Below, piece after piece: positions 1-12,695 of a DNA stretch of 64,000 bases. The position numbers and the translations under genes are program-made. The notes beneath the pieces are model-generated. The model made no database searches and was not told the DNA's origin. It worked only from the letters and a program-made list of their open reading frames with translations. How positions within the stretch are numbered: the first letter of the stretch is position 1; every line of letters starts with the position of its first letter. This stretch comes from an uncultured delta proteobacterium. Lineage in GTDB: Bacteria; Desulfobacterota; Binatia; Binatales; Binataceae. Location: assembly GCA_963711565.1 (NCBI GenBank), contig CAVQEQ010000003.1, positions 1,184,001 to 1,248,000 on the forward strand, written 5' to 3'.

Positions 1-212
1 TCATCGCTGTTAGCCGGTTGCGGAGCGGCTACGGGCGGCGGCGCCGAACTGGCCGGTACATTGCGAATCGAATCGCCGACTGTCTTCGCGTCCGGCGAAC
101 CCATCGGCGCGTTGTTGCCATCCTGCGCCAACGCCGCCGATGCGAGCGCGATTGCGACTATCGCGGTCGCGACGATATGCGCCGCTCGACTAACTTTGCT
201 TCGGTTTTTCAC
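1..212 (-). CDS. lptA: LptA/OstA-family LPS transport periplasmic protein, N-terminal part (runs off window)
   Basis: Minus-strand frame from GTG at 212 reads VKNRSKVSRAAHIVATAIVAIALASAALAQDG (signal peptide) and is open to position 1. It overlaps the lptC stop. Identity inferred from synteny. Confidence 0.6.
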   Translation of the reverse strand, partial: MKNRSKVSRAAHIVATAIVAIALASAALAQDGNNAPMGSPDAKTVGDSIRNVPASSAPPPVAAPQPANSD

Positions 213-789
213 TATCTTTTTTTGGCGTAACTTCAGTCTGAACCTGCGTATGAAGCTCGAACACGCGCGTCTTGGGGTGACCGCTCAGTCCGATCCCCGT
301 CACTTTTAATCCGTCGCCCACGATCGTCACGAGGCCGGGCGCATCGACCTGGTCGTCATCCGGCATAAAGGTCGCCGAATCCGTGGTGAGCACATAGTCG
401 CCCAGGTGGATGATCGTCCCGCCGGTCAAGTGCGCGCGAGTCACATGATTCCCGTTCAAGGTCAAATCAGCATGCGGCGAGTTGACGACCACTGGCTTGC
501 CGTCCGACGAGACCATCGTGACTACCGCATCGGTCAGCTTGAGCGTGGTCTTGTCGGCCGAGTAGTCCGCCTCGCCAGCCGTCAGCACCCACTGACGTTC
601 GCCGGCTTTCATTTGCGTCCAGTGGAAATTATGCGCCCGCAGGAGAGTTCCCGGGACCAGCCCAGCCGCCGTCTCCAACACTTGGGTGGCAGAGCGATGG
701 CGGACGATCCATACCGTCGCAATCAGCAGGACAATCAGCGCTACTGCGCCGAAACCAGCCAGCGCCTTAGCGATTTTCCTGGGACTCAA
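190..789 (-). CDS. lptC: LPS export ABC transporter periplasmic protein LptC
   Basis: Single N-terminal TM helix then beta-jellyroll-type sequence (WVLTAGEADY, VTGIGL); downstream of kdsA. Confidence 0.85.
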   Translation of the reverse strand: MSPRKIAKALAGFGAVALIVLLIATVWIVRHRSATQVLETAAGLVPGTLLRAHNFHWTQMKAGERQWVLTAGEADYSADKTTLKLTDAVVTMVSSDGKPVVVNSPHADLTLNGNHVTRAHLTGGTIIHLGDYVLTTDSATFMPDDDQVDAPGLVTIVGDGLKVTGIGLSGHPKTRVFELHTQVQTEVTPKKDSEKPKQS

Positions 790-852
790 GTTCCATCTCT
801 CCGATTACTCACGGTATCAAGTGCTTTTTTTAGAGTAAACCGAACGGGCATT

Positions 853-868
853 CGGCACCATACTTGCA
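853..868 (+). promoter_or_regulatory. Sigma54 -24/-12-like site in reverse orientation upstream of lptC
   Basis: CGGCAC-CATAC-TTGCA; GG-N10-GC spacing is exact. Confidence 0.4.
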
Positions 869-940
869 ATCCGCCGCGAACTTGCACTCAATATTCGGCG
901 GACGGAGGCGCTTGACCTCATCCGATCGGGCTACTGCAAA

Positions 941-4174
<3,234 letters not shown>

Positions 4175-4313
4175 CGAGACATCGGCCAGAAACTTTCTCC
4201 GATTTTCGAGGTTGTCGATTTGAGGGACACGAACGACGGTAACCGACCGCCGCGATGTTTGTCAATTTCGCGCGGCTCGATTACCAACAGTTCCGCGAAT
4301 TTCGTCACTGCCC

Positions 4314-5111
4314 CTATTCGTAAAGGGCGGGCACCGATACTCCTGCGCGATACACGGTGCTCGACAGCACCAGGCGAGGACCCTGCGCGCAGTTCGTCGA
4401 CCCCGCATGCAGTATCAGCGGATGCGTCATGAAGACGTCGCCCGGCTCGCCCGTCATCTCGACCACGCGAATGTTGACGTCGCCGATCGTGGCGCCGTCT
4501 TTCACGAACTCCCGCACGCGATCGACGTTCGCATCGAACGAGCACAGTCCCTTGACCCAGGGATGGTTGCGAATCAAGCCCTCGCGCGCCTCGGCCGATC
4601 GCAGCTTCTCAGCCGCTATCTTGTCCGCGAGATCCTGCACGAGCCGATGCGATCCCGCGAGAAAGAGCGTGCCGCCGCCTGTCGGGCGCAATTTTGCCAG
4701 GCACACGAAGAGCCGCACAGCGAAGAGACCTTCCAACCTATGCGGCGCGGGGAAATCCAGATGCCAGCTCTTATGCGGAACGTCCCATCGCTTGGTGGAT
4801 TCGGGAAACGTGACGAGCAGCGAGGCCCATCGCTCCGGCCTTTGCCAATTGCCGTTCCCCACAAGATTGTCGAGCGCCTCGCGAACCGCCGGACTGCCGA
4901 TCTCCTCGAAGTTCTCCGACTTCGGCAAATCGTGAAACCCGGCAACTCGACGCGCGCGCCACGTACTCGGGTCATCTCTGCGAATCTGAAATCGCCTGCC
5001 GAGCGTCTCCCACACGCGATCGCACATCTTCGCCGCATCGCGCGACGCAATCGCGCCCGCGACGCGCACGACGCCCAATCGATCGAATTCTTCGCGCTGT
5101 TCAGGTGTCAT
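4314..5111 (-). CDS. Phytanoyl-CoA dioxygenase family (Fe/2OG) protein
   Basis: WHLD iron-binding motif, GGGTLFLAGSH, GEPGDVFMTHPLILH. Confidence 0.8.
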   Translation of the reverse strand: MTPEQREEFDRLGVVRVAGAIASRDAAKMCDRVWETLGRRFQIRRDDPSTWRARRVAGFHDLPKSENFEEIGSPAVREALDNLVGNGNWQRPERWASLLVTFPESTKRWDVPHKSWHLDFPAPHRLEGLFAVRLFVCLAKLRPTGGGTLFLAGSHRLVQDLADKIAAEKLRSAEAREGLIRNHPWVKGLCSFDANVDRVREFVKDGATIGDVNIRVVEMTGEPGDVFMTHPLILHAGSTNCAQGPRLVLSSTVYRAGVSVPALYE

Positions 5112-5118
5112 GGCTTTG

Positions 5119-5538
5119 TTAACGTCGCAGTTGCAGCAGGTCCCAGCGGTTGCCGTAGAGGTCTTCGAACACTGCGACGGTGCCGTAGGACTCGTCGCGG
5201 GGACTTTCGCAAAACTTGACGCCGCGCGCGAGCATCTCGCGGTAGTCGCGCTGAAAGTCGTCGGTGTGAAGGAAAAATGAAACCCGGCCGCCGGTCTGAT
5301 CGCCTATTCGCGCCGTCTGCTCGGGCGTCAACGCCTGGGCGATCAGCAATCGCGTTTCGACGGACCCGGGCGGCGCGAGCAGCACCCAACGCTTGCCGCC
5401 GCCAAGCGGAGTATCCTCGACCAGCTTGAATCCGAGCGCGTTCGTGAAGTATTCGACCGCCTCATCGTAATCACGCACGACGAGTGCGACGTACCCGATG
5501 CTTTGACATTTCCTCGTTTCCATTTTTCTCGGTGCCAC
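5119..5538 (-). CDS. VOC/glyoxalase family protein
   Basis: VALVVRDYDEAVEYF, ESYGTVAVFEDLYGNRWDLLQ. Confidence 0.88.
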   Translation of the reverse strand: MAPRKMETRKCQSIGYVALVVRDYDEAVEYFTNALGFKLVEDTPLGGGKRWVLLAPPGSVETRLLIAQALTPEQTARIGDQTGGRVSFFLHTDDFQRDYREMLARGVKFCESPRDESYGTVAVFEDLYGNRWDLLQLRR

Positions 5539-5600
5539 AAATAAACGAGCGGCCCATTATGAGCCGCCCATCGAAAGCTATCGCGAGACGCGCGCGCTGA

Positions 5601-5726
5601 CTACTTGCCGCGAATTCTTGTCCGCCGCATCTTGCGCAGGCGGGACTTTGCCTGATGCGGATCGCTCTTTTTCTTGCGCGCCAGTTTGCGATTGCGCCGG
5701 TTGCGCTGCTTCGATGCTACCTTCAT
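5601..5726 (-). CDS. 41-aa very basic small protein (below the ORF-track cutoff)
   Basis: MKVASKQRNRRNRKLARKKKSDPHQAKSRLRKMRRTRIRGK. ATGA overlap with the carboxypeptidase stop and an AGGAG SD just upstream. Confidence 0.7.
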   Translation of the reverse strand: MKVASKQRNRRNRKLARKKKSDPHQAKSRLRKMRRTRIRGK

Positions 5727-6919
5727 TGGTTCTCCTGGTTCGGATTATTCGACGGCGGCGCGGACCCGTTGTACGCCTCGCCCCCCAGTGTGTGCGGCGC
5801 GGTGAACGCGATCGGGCTTATCGCAGTCACTTCCGTCGCCGTTCCCTCATCCTGCGCGATCACCCGCCCGAGAGGCTCGCCCGTCGTGATCGGCCCGTCG
5901 ATCGCCGGCGCCACATCGTACACCAGCTTTACCGCCGAGGCATCGGCCTTCGGCACCACGAGTTTGAGTTCACTCGACGCGACCGGTTGAATGAGCGGAC
6001 CTTCGTGGACCTGCACATGGACCGGCAGCGGCTGCCCGGACTTGAGCAGCGACACCGAGGTGAATCGATCGAAGCCCCACTCCATCAATTTCGCCGCCTG
6101 CGCAAAGCGCTGCGCATTCGACGGCGCGCCAAGAATCACAGCGATCAGCCGCATGTTGTCGCGCTTGGCCGTGGTGGTGACGTTAAATCCCGCCTGGAAC
6201 GTGAAGCCGGTCTTGAGCCCGTCACATCCTTCGAAATGCCCGATCAGATGATTGGTGTTGTTCAGGATCGCGACGCCATTGTCAAAATCCATGTGCTCCT
6301 GCCCCGACCACATCAGCAGGTTGGTCTCGCGGATTATCGCGCGGCCCACAATCGCGAGGTCGTAGGCGGTCGTGCGATCGGCGTCATGCGTCGGGCGCGG
6401 CGGCAGCCCATCGACGGTCTGATACTCCGTATGCGTCATGCCGAGTTGCTGCGCCCGCTCGTTCATCATGCGAACCATCGCCTCGACCGAACCGCCGATC
6501 TTTTCCGCGACCGCGACCGCAGCGTCGTTGGCCGATTTGACCAACGCCGCCTTCATCAACTCGCGCAGCGGATAAACGTCGCCCTCTCTCAGGCCGACGC
6601 GCGAACCGCCGGTGTGGGCGGCGCGTTCGGAGATTCTCACCAGATCGTTGCCGCTGAAGCGGCCCTCATTGATCTGCTCCTGCGCGACCAGCAGGTTCAT
6701 CATCTTGGCCATCGAGGCCGGCGGCCACTCCATGTCGGCGTTGTACGCCATCAGCACGCGGCCGCTGTCCGCGTCCTCGAGCAGCGCGCCCTTGTAGAGC
6801 GGGATGCTGGATGTCGCCGCCCTCGACGTATGCCTCGAATGTACCGTCTTATGCACCCGGCGCCATTCGGTCGTCGCGCCGGCCGGCGATGCTGCGAGCA
6901 AAACCGCCGCGCTCAACAT
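5723..6919 (-). CDS. D-alanyl-D-alanine carboxypeptidase (peptidase S11); start approximate
   Basis: PASMAK (SxxK), SANDAA (SxN), GLKTGFT (KTG), signal peptide. Confidence 0.9.
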   Translation of the reverse strand: MLSAAVLLAASPAGATTEWRRVHKTVHSRHTSRAATSSIPLYKGALLEDADSGRVLMAYNADMEWPPASMAKMMNLLVAQEQINEGRFSGNDLVRISERAAHTGGSRVGLREGDVYPLRELMKAALVKSANDAAVAVAEKIGGSVEAMVRMMNERAQQLGMTHTEYQTVDGLPPRPTHDADRTTAYDLAIVGRAIIRETNLLMWSGQEHMDFDNGVAILNNTNHLIGHFEGCDGLKTGFTFQAGFNVTTTAKRDNMRLIAVILGAPSNAQRFAQAAKLMEWGFDRFTSVSLLKSGQPLPVHVQVHEGPLIQPVASSELKLVVPKADASAVKLVYDVAPAIDGPITTGEPLGRVIAQDEGTATEVTAISPIAFTAPHTLGGEAYNGSAPPSNNPNQENQ

Positions 6920-7031
6920 CAGTACTGCCGGGACAAATTGTGCCGCTGACTTTAGACTAAAGACTGACCGCCGCCGCTTCCCCAAATCCGCCACCTGCCT
7001 TTGTCGTCTGCCGTGATCCGATTCACCGCGC

Positions 7032-7850
7032 CTAGGGATTGCGAATAAAACCGCCGCCGTCGCTTGCGCCCTTCGCGCCCCCGCTGCTCTCGACGTGCTG
7101 CAGAATCGCAAGATTGGTCCTTGCGGGCGTGTAATCGGGAATCTCACCAACCAGCTCGTTCCATTCCTGGCTCGCCCTCACGTATTTGCCTTCCTCGGCG
7201 TAAATTGCGCCGAGCGTGTTGCGCGCGTCCGGTTGACTCGGATCGATCTGTAGCGACAGTAGCGCTTCCTGCTCGGCTTGTGCGAGTGCCCCGCGACGCT
7301 CATAGGCGAGCGCGAGGTTAAAATGCGTCTCCGGCCGCTCCGGTCCAAGCAGCGCCGCCAACCGCAGCACTTCGGTCGCGTCGCGCGTCTGCCCGCTGTC
7401 AAGATAGAGCAGCCCGAGGTTCAGGAACAACTGCCAATCGTCGAGGCCAAGCTCGATCGCCTTCTGATACTCGGCGAGTTCCTGGCGATGCTCGCCGACG
7501 ACGCCGTAGGCAAACCCCAAATGATAATGCGCGAGCGCGTTGCCGGGGTCGTCGTCGATCACGATGCGGTGGCGGCGGATAGCTTCGGGATAATCTTCCA
7601 TGCCCAGGAAATAGTCTGCCAGCGGATCGCAGACCTGATCGTCGGAACTGCTGTTGGCGCTCGCCCGCGCCCTGACCGGCGACTGGAGTACCAGTGCGAT
7701 CAGTGCGACCAGGCAAATGCTCGAACGCCGAAAGCTCAACAACTTCTTGGTTCCCCTGCGGCCCGCGAAACCCGCAGGAAGAAATTCAATGCTAGCAGGA
7801 ATTTTCGCTACAAAAAAACGCGCAGCGCGTTTTGCAACGCTGCGGGTCAA
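7032..7850 (-). CDS. Secreted tetratricopeptide-repeat protein (true start probably near 7740)
   Basis: Multiple TPR motifs (ALAHYHLGFAY, THFNLALAY, ARNTLGAIY). Confidence 0.8.
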   Translation of the reverse strand: MTRSVAKRAARFFVAKIPASIEFLPAGFAGRRGTKKLLSFRRSSICLVALIALVLQSPVRARASANSSSDDQVCDPLADYFLGMEDYPEAIRRHRIVIDDDPGNALAHYHLGFAYGVVGEHRQELAEYQKAIELGLDDWQLFLNLGLLYLDSGQTRDATEVLRLAALLGPERPETHFNLALAYERRGALAQAEQEALLSLQIDPSQPDARNTLGAIYAEEGKYVRASQEWNELVGEIPDYTPARTNLAILQHVESSGGAKGASDGGGFIRNP

Positions 7851-8029
7851 AAGAAGGCGTCGTGCCGCTCGCCGCGAGCCGGATCAATCCGGCTTCAGAG
7901 AACCGGCCGAACGCCGGAGGCATAGCCGAAACTGTGCCCCCCGACCCTGAATGGATCGAAGTACCTCAGGCCATTCGAAACAGGGCGGCCGCTGTGCGCG
8001 GTCGCCCTGTCGAGTTTTCCCTCAAGCTG

Positions 8030-8296
8030 TTACGGATTGGCCGGAGGAGCCATGGCCGGCGATGCTTCCGCCGCCGGGGACGCCATCGCGCCACTGTCGC
8101 TGCTCGCGGCGGCCGCCTTGTGATGGTGGCGATGATGATGCTTGGGGGTCGCCGCCGGCGATGCATCAGCTGCTGGCGCTGACATCCCCGAGTCGCCGCC
8201 TGCCGCTGGCGACGGGGCCGCGTCCTGGGCAAATGCCGGCATCGCCAAAGCAGCGGCAAAGAAAGCTGCGGAAAGAACTGAAAGGGTGCGCTTCAT
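8030..8296 (-). CDS. Small secreted Ala/Pro-rich protein with a His cluster (Asr-like)
   Basis: MKRTLSVLSAAFFAAALAMPAFA signal peptide, KHHHRHHHK, AGGAG SD. Confidence 0.75.
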   Translation of the reverse strand: MKRTLSVLSAAFFAAALAMPAFAQDAAPSPAAGGDSGMSAPAADASPAATPKHHHRHHHKAAAASSDSGAMASPAAEASPAMAPPANP

Positions 8297-8359
8297 ACTC
8301 CTGGATCTCCTTGATCTGAGCGGTCCCTTAATGGGCCGCAATGTGACTATTAAGGGTAT

Positions 8360-8375
8360 TGCTATACCTGTGCCA
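8360..8375 (-). promoter_or_regulatory. Sigma54-type promoter for the His-rich small protein
   Basis: Minus strand TGGCAC-AGGTA-TAGCA (GG-N10-GC), about 60 nt upstream of the ATG. Confidence 0.55.
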
Positions 8376-8488
8376 TCGGGGTAACGGCAAGATGTTGAGA
8401 GAACAATGCCATAATTTCTTCGCGAGAGCACGCCACGATGACCCAATCGGTCTATCGTCTATCCGCTTTGCGTATCCGTTGTCTCCGT

Positions 8489-9235
8489 TCACGGCTGCCC
8501 TGAACCACCCTGCGCCTGCCCTTCGCGCTCTGCTCTAAGCTCGCGATACAGCGCTATAAGCTCCTTAAACGCCCGCGCAACCACCTTGAGATTTGCCCCC
8601 GATTGCTCGCCCGTCAGTCGCGGCAGATGTTGCACGTCCACCTCTTTGACCTTCGCCTTGCGCCCAGCCACTCGCGCCATCAGCTCGGTCGAGATCATCG
8701 CGCCATGCGCCCGCAATTCCATCCCCTCGAGCATTTCGCGCTTGAACAATTTGAATCCGCAGTCGATATCGCTGATCGTGATGCCAAGCAGGACACGGAC
8801 CAGCGTCGTCCACGCCTTGCCATTGATGCGTCGCATTAGAGGGTCGGCGCGATGCGCGCGTCGTCCGCATACCACGTCGTACTCGGGAACGAACGGCGTC
8901 AACCGCTCCAAGTCCGCGGGATCGAACTGCCCATCGCCGTCGCATAGCAGCACATGCTGCAAAGTCGCGGCGCGAATCCCCGAGATCACCGCGCCGCCGT
9001 AGCCGCGGTTGACGGGATGACGCACTACCTTGACGTGCGAATCTTCCGCGGCCAGCCGCTCGGCGATCTCGCCGGTGCGATCGCGGCTGCCGTCGTCAAC
9101 CACGATCACCTCGAAGTTGTCCGCAACGCGCGGGCATTCGGCAACCCACGAGCGCACGACACGCTCGACGTTGCCTTCCTCGTTATGCGACGGCAGGAAA
9201 ACGCTGATGCCGGGGATTCGGACCGGGGCGCTCAC
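8489..9235 (-). CDS. Glycosyltransferase family 2 (DPM1/ArnC-like)
   Basis: VVDDGSRD, NRGYGGA, CDGDGQ, DIDCGFKLF. Confidence 0.9.
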   Translation of the reverse strand: MSAPVRIPGISVFLPSHNEEGNVERVVRSWVAECPRVADNFEVIVVDDGSRDRTGEIAERLAAEDSHVKVVRHPVNRGYGGAVISGIRAATLQHVLLCDGDGQFDPADLERLTPFVPEYDVVCGRRAHRADPLMRRINGKAWTTLVRVLLGITISDIDCGFKLFKREMLEGMELRAHGAMISTELMARVAGRKAKVKEVDVQHLPRLTGEQSGANLKVVARAFKELIALYRELRAEREGQAQGGSGQP

Positions 9236-9250
9236 GATGGCGTGTGCGGC

Positions 9251-9730
9251 TTAATCGCCAATCTCGCGGTACCCGCCGCGGAAGAACAGCAGCGGCTTGC
9301 CCTCGTGCGGAGTTTCGGCCTGCTCGATCTCGCCGATGTAAATCGTATGGTCGCCGCCGTCGATCGCGGTCGTCACCTTGCACTCGAGATATGCGAGCGC
9401 GCCGTCAAGGATAGGGGCGCCGTTCGCGCCGGCTTTGTAACTGACACCCTCGAACTTGTTGCCCCCGCTGACCGCGAACTTGCGCGACAACGCCTCCTGA
9501 TCCGACGCCAGCACGTTGACGGTAAAGATTTTGGTCTCCTCGAAGCACGGATAGCTCTCGGCCTTCTTGTCCACGCAGATCAGCGCGAGTGGCGGTATCA
9601 GCGAGACCGACGTGAACGCGTTGGCGGTCAGGCCATGCAGCTCGCCCGAGCTGCGCAGCGACGTGATCACGGTGACGCCCGTCGCGAAATGCCCCATCAC
9701 GCGCCGCAGTTCGTTCTTTTCGATTGGCAT
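9251..9730 (-). CDS. Flavin reductase family protein
   Basis: MGHFATGVTVIT, GLTANAFTSVS, GGDHTIYIG. Confidence 0.92.
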   Translation of the reverse strand: MPIEKNELRRVMGHFATGVTVITSLRSSGELHGLTANAFTSVSLIPPLALICVDKKAESYPCFEETKIFTVNVLASDQEALSRKFAVSGGNKFEGVSYKAGANGAPILDGALAYLECKVTTAIDGGDHTIYIGEIEQAETPHEGKPLLFFRGGYREIGD

Positions 9731-9789
9731 CCCAAATCTCTCCGCGCGCGGATGCTATCAAAGAAGGTCTTGAGCGGCCAAGCGCGCGG

Positions 9790-10305
9790 TCAATCCCATC
9801 CCGAGCGGTCGCGTGCTACCACTTGCTTGCCGCCGAGGTAAACGTAGTCGAGATCGAGCGACGTCAACGGGCGCTCGTTTGCGTTCACGCGCACCCCCAC
9901 CGGTGACGCGATAAAAATTGTGTGGTCGCCCGCCACTCGGCTATCCACTACGCGGGCTTCCAGAGCGATCATCGCGAGTTTCAGCCACGGCACCGCAAGC
10001 GTCGGCGACAACTCGAATTCAATCGTGTCGAGATTGTTGTCGCGGCGCGCGCGCGGCGAATAAAAATAATCTTCGAGTTCCCGCCCGCGGCGTCCCACGA
10101 TGTTCAGTCCGAATACTCCCGTCCTCGCAATCACGCCGTTGCTGAAATGCGCGTTATCGACCGCCGCCGTAAACATCACTGGCTCGCTCGAGACCTGCGC
10201 CACCCACGACGACGACATCCCGTGGCATCGCCCATTCTCCTGCGTGGTCAGAACGTATATTCCGGTGGTGAGGCCGGCCATCGCGCGCGCCAGGTTGTTA
10301 TCCAT
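9790..10305 (-). CDS. Flavin reductase family protein
   Basis: GIYVLTT, SSWVAQVS, AGDHTIF. Confidence 0.85.
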   Translation of the reverse strand: MDNNLARAMAGLTTGIYVLTTQENGRCHGMSSSWVAQVSSEPVMFTAAVDNAHFSNGVIARTGVFGLNIVGRRGRELEDYFYSPRARRDNNLDTIEFELSPTLAVPWLKLAMIALEARVVDSRVAGDHTIFIASPVGVRVNANERPLTSLDLDYVYLGGKQVVARDRSGWD

Positions 10306-10418
10306 CGAACGAATGCTCCCGCGTTAGTCGCCGACAAATCGAATTCTCACGCTACGTTACAATTGACCTTCGCTCCAAGCGTTCACAAAATGGATAATGT
10401 GACCGCGATGCTGGAGAT

Positions 10419-11258
10419 TTGCTGGAGCTGATGGGCAGGATTGCTGGATCGATCGCCGCCGCATTGATTGCCGCGACAATAGTAGCGATGTGTTCCGCCG
10501 AGTCCGCGCACGCCGGACCCGCCGCCGCGCTCGCGCAAACTAACACGCCGATCACCGCCGGCGACGCGGAGAAAGCGGGCGTGCAGCCGCCGGCGCCCTA
10601 CTACCCGCCGGGTCAGAAGTACGTCAAATCGGGAATACCGCCGCCCGGACCGCCCGACGTGATATACACTCCGCTTCCGACCGCCACGCCGACGGCGACG
10701 CCGACCCCGCTGCCGCAAGTGAAAATCGAAGGGGTGCGGACCGGCCGCGTGCCGACGCCGGGACAACTGCTGTTCGACAAGACGCGCGACATCGCCTTCA
10801 TGGATCCGCTCAACTGGTCGGTGGACATTTACAAAAAACGCCACCGGCTGATCGTCTACTACAAGGGCCGGCTGTTTAAGGACTACCACGCCGTGTTCGG
10901 CCGCAGTTTCGAGCCCGGCACCAAGTTGTGGGAAGGAGACCGGCGCACGCCCGAAGGCGTCTACACGATCATCGGGAAGCATCCGAGCAGCCGCTGGGAT
11001 TGGTTCCTTACCCTGAACTACCCGAACGATATGGATCGCCATCGCTATGAGCAACTGCGCGACGGCGGCGAGGTGCCGGTCGAAGACGGTCATCCGGTCG
11101 GCGTCGGCGGCCGAATCGGAATCCACGGCACCGACGAGCCGGAGCTGAACCGCGGCGACATCAACTGGACCACCGGATGCATCTCAGTCGACGACGAAGA
11201 CGTCGAAGAACTAAAGCGCATCCTCCCCACCGGCACGCTGGTGATAATCAACCCGTGA
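10419..11258 (+). CDS. L,D-transpeptidase (YkuD family)
   Basis: EGDRRTPEGVY, IGIHG, WTTGCI catalytic His/Cys; signal peptide and PT linker. Confidence 0.9.
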   Translation: MLELMGRIAGSIAAALIAATIVAMCSAESAHAGPAAALAQTNTPITAGDAEKAGVQPPAPYYPPGQKYVKSGIPPPGPPDVIYTPLPTATPTATPTPLPQVKIEGVRTGRVPTPGQLLFDKTRDIAFMDPLNWSVDIYKKRHRLIVYYKGRLFKDYHAVFGRSFEPGTKLWEGDRRTPEGVYTIIGKHPSSRWDWFLTLNYPNDMDRHRYEQLRDGGEVPVEDGHPVGVGGRIGIHGTDEPELNRGDINWTTGCISVDDEDVEELKRILPTGTLVIINP

Positions 11259-11275
11259 CGTGTCGGGGGTGGAAC

Positions 11276-11530
11276 TCAATGCTCGCGCCACCAGGCGAGA
11301 CCTTGGCCCGCACCTTGTCTCACGCGCTTCAGGAGTCGGCGCGCCCAAAGGAACTCGGTCGCCAGAATCGCGAGGCCGAGCGGAATGACGACGATTGCGG
11401 GGCCGGGCAGCACGATGAGCGCGATGCCGAACGCGAGAACGCTTGCGCCGATAACCGCCACTGCGACCTTGCGCGCGAGACGAAATGCGGAAGATGTTGC
11501 GGTGGGAGTCGTTGCCTCCTGCAGGCTCAT
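11276..11530 (-). CDS. PGPGW-family small membrane protein
   Basis: VLPGPAIVVIPLGLAILATEFLWA; coupled to terC. Confidence 0.85.
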   Translation of the reverse strand: MSLQEATTPTATSSAFRLARKVAVAVIGASVLAFGIALIVLPGPAIVVIPLGLAILATEFLWARRLLKRVRQGAGQGLAWWREH

Positions 11531-12510
11531 CGACGCATCTCGGCAGCGTCGTCAGATGAGTCATCAGGCTTGCGCTGAATCTCCGGCTTCTTTGCCGGCC
11601 AAATCAGCGACACCACGATCGAACCAGCTATCGTCGCGGCGATAACGCCGAGCGACAACGGAATCGGGACTGCGTAGATCCCGGCAATGAGCATTTTTGC
11701 GCCGACGAACACCAGCAGGAGGGACAGGCCAACCTTGAGGTATTGAAACTTCCCCACCACGCCGGCCAGCGCGAAGTAGAGCGCCCGCAAGCCCAGCATC
11801 GCGAAGATGTTCGACGTGTAAACGATGAACGGATCTTTCGTGACCGCAAAAATCGCCGGGATCGAATCGATTGCGAAGACGATGTCGGTAGCCTCGATCG
11901 CGACGACCACCAGCAGCAGCGGCGTCGCGTAACGCTTGCCGGCCTCGACTACGATCAGGTGCGAGCCGCGGTAGTCGCTCACCGTGGGAATGAAGCGCCG
12001 GAACAATCGGAAGAGTGGATTTCTCTCAGGATGAATTTCGCCGCCGCGCTGAACCAGCAGCCTGATCCCCGTAAAAACCAGGAACGCTCCAAACAGGTAC
12101 GCCATCCAGTGGAACCGGTTGAGGAGGGCCGCGCCCAGCACGATGAAGATGCCGCGCGTGACCAGCGCACCGATCACTCCCCAGAACAATGCTCGATGCT
12201 GGAGTTTCGGCGGAACCGAAAAGGCGGAGAAGATGACAAGGAAGACGAAAACGTTGTCGACCGAAAGCGCCTTCTCGATAACATAGCCCGTCAGAAACTC
12301 GAGCGCGCGTTCCGACCCGTACCAGAAGTACACGCCCAGGTTGAACAGCAGCGCGAGCGAGATCCAGACGACCGTCCACGCGAGCGCCTCGCGGACGCCG
12401 AGCTCGTGCGCCTCGCGATGGAATACGCCAAGGTCGAGCGCCAGCAAGCCCAACACAAAGACGGTGAAGGCGACCCACAGGAGTGGCGAACCGATACTTT
12501 GAATCTCCAC
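11527..12510 (-). CDS. TerC/Alx family membrane protein
   Basis: EKALSVDNVFVF, DIVFAIDSIPAIFAVT, SNIFAMLGLRALYF. Confidence 0.93.
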   Translation of the reverse strand: MEIQSIGSPLLWVAFTVFVLGLLALDLGVFHREAHELGVREALAWTVVWISLALLFNLGVYFWYGSERALEFLTGYVIEKALSVDNVFVFLVIFSAFSVPPKLQHRALFWGVIGALVTRGIFIVLGAALLNRFHWMAYLFGAFLVFTGIRLLVQRGGEIHPERNPLFRLFRRFIPTVSDYRGSHLIVVEAGKRYATPLLLVVVAIEATDIVFAIDSIPAIFAVTKDPFIVYTSNIFAMLGLRALYFALAGVVGKFQYLKVGLSLLLVFVGAKMLIAGIYAVPIPLSLGVIAATIAGSIVVSLIWPAKKPEIQRKPDDSSDDAAEMRR

Positions 12511-12695
12511 TTTTATTGAGGCCGCCGGTGAAGAAACCGGTCAGCTCAAACGCTCCGGTCCGGACGTTCGGTCGCCGCGGCGCCGGCCACAAACTACCGC
12601 TTGAAAGGATTGATCGCAATTCACGCATCGGAAAACCGCCGGCTGGCGCGAGTGTTCGCTTCACGCGGTTGTGATAATCCAAGTGGTGCTCCGAC

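Noticed and set aside
12511-12660. yybP-ykoY manganese riboswitch
   Set aside because: The conserved GGGGAGTAGC and GAGACC-type elements were not found.
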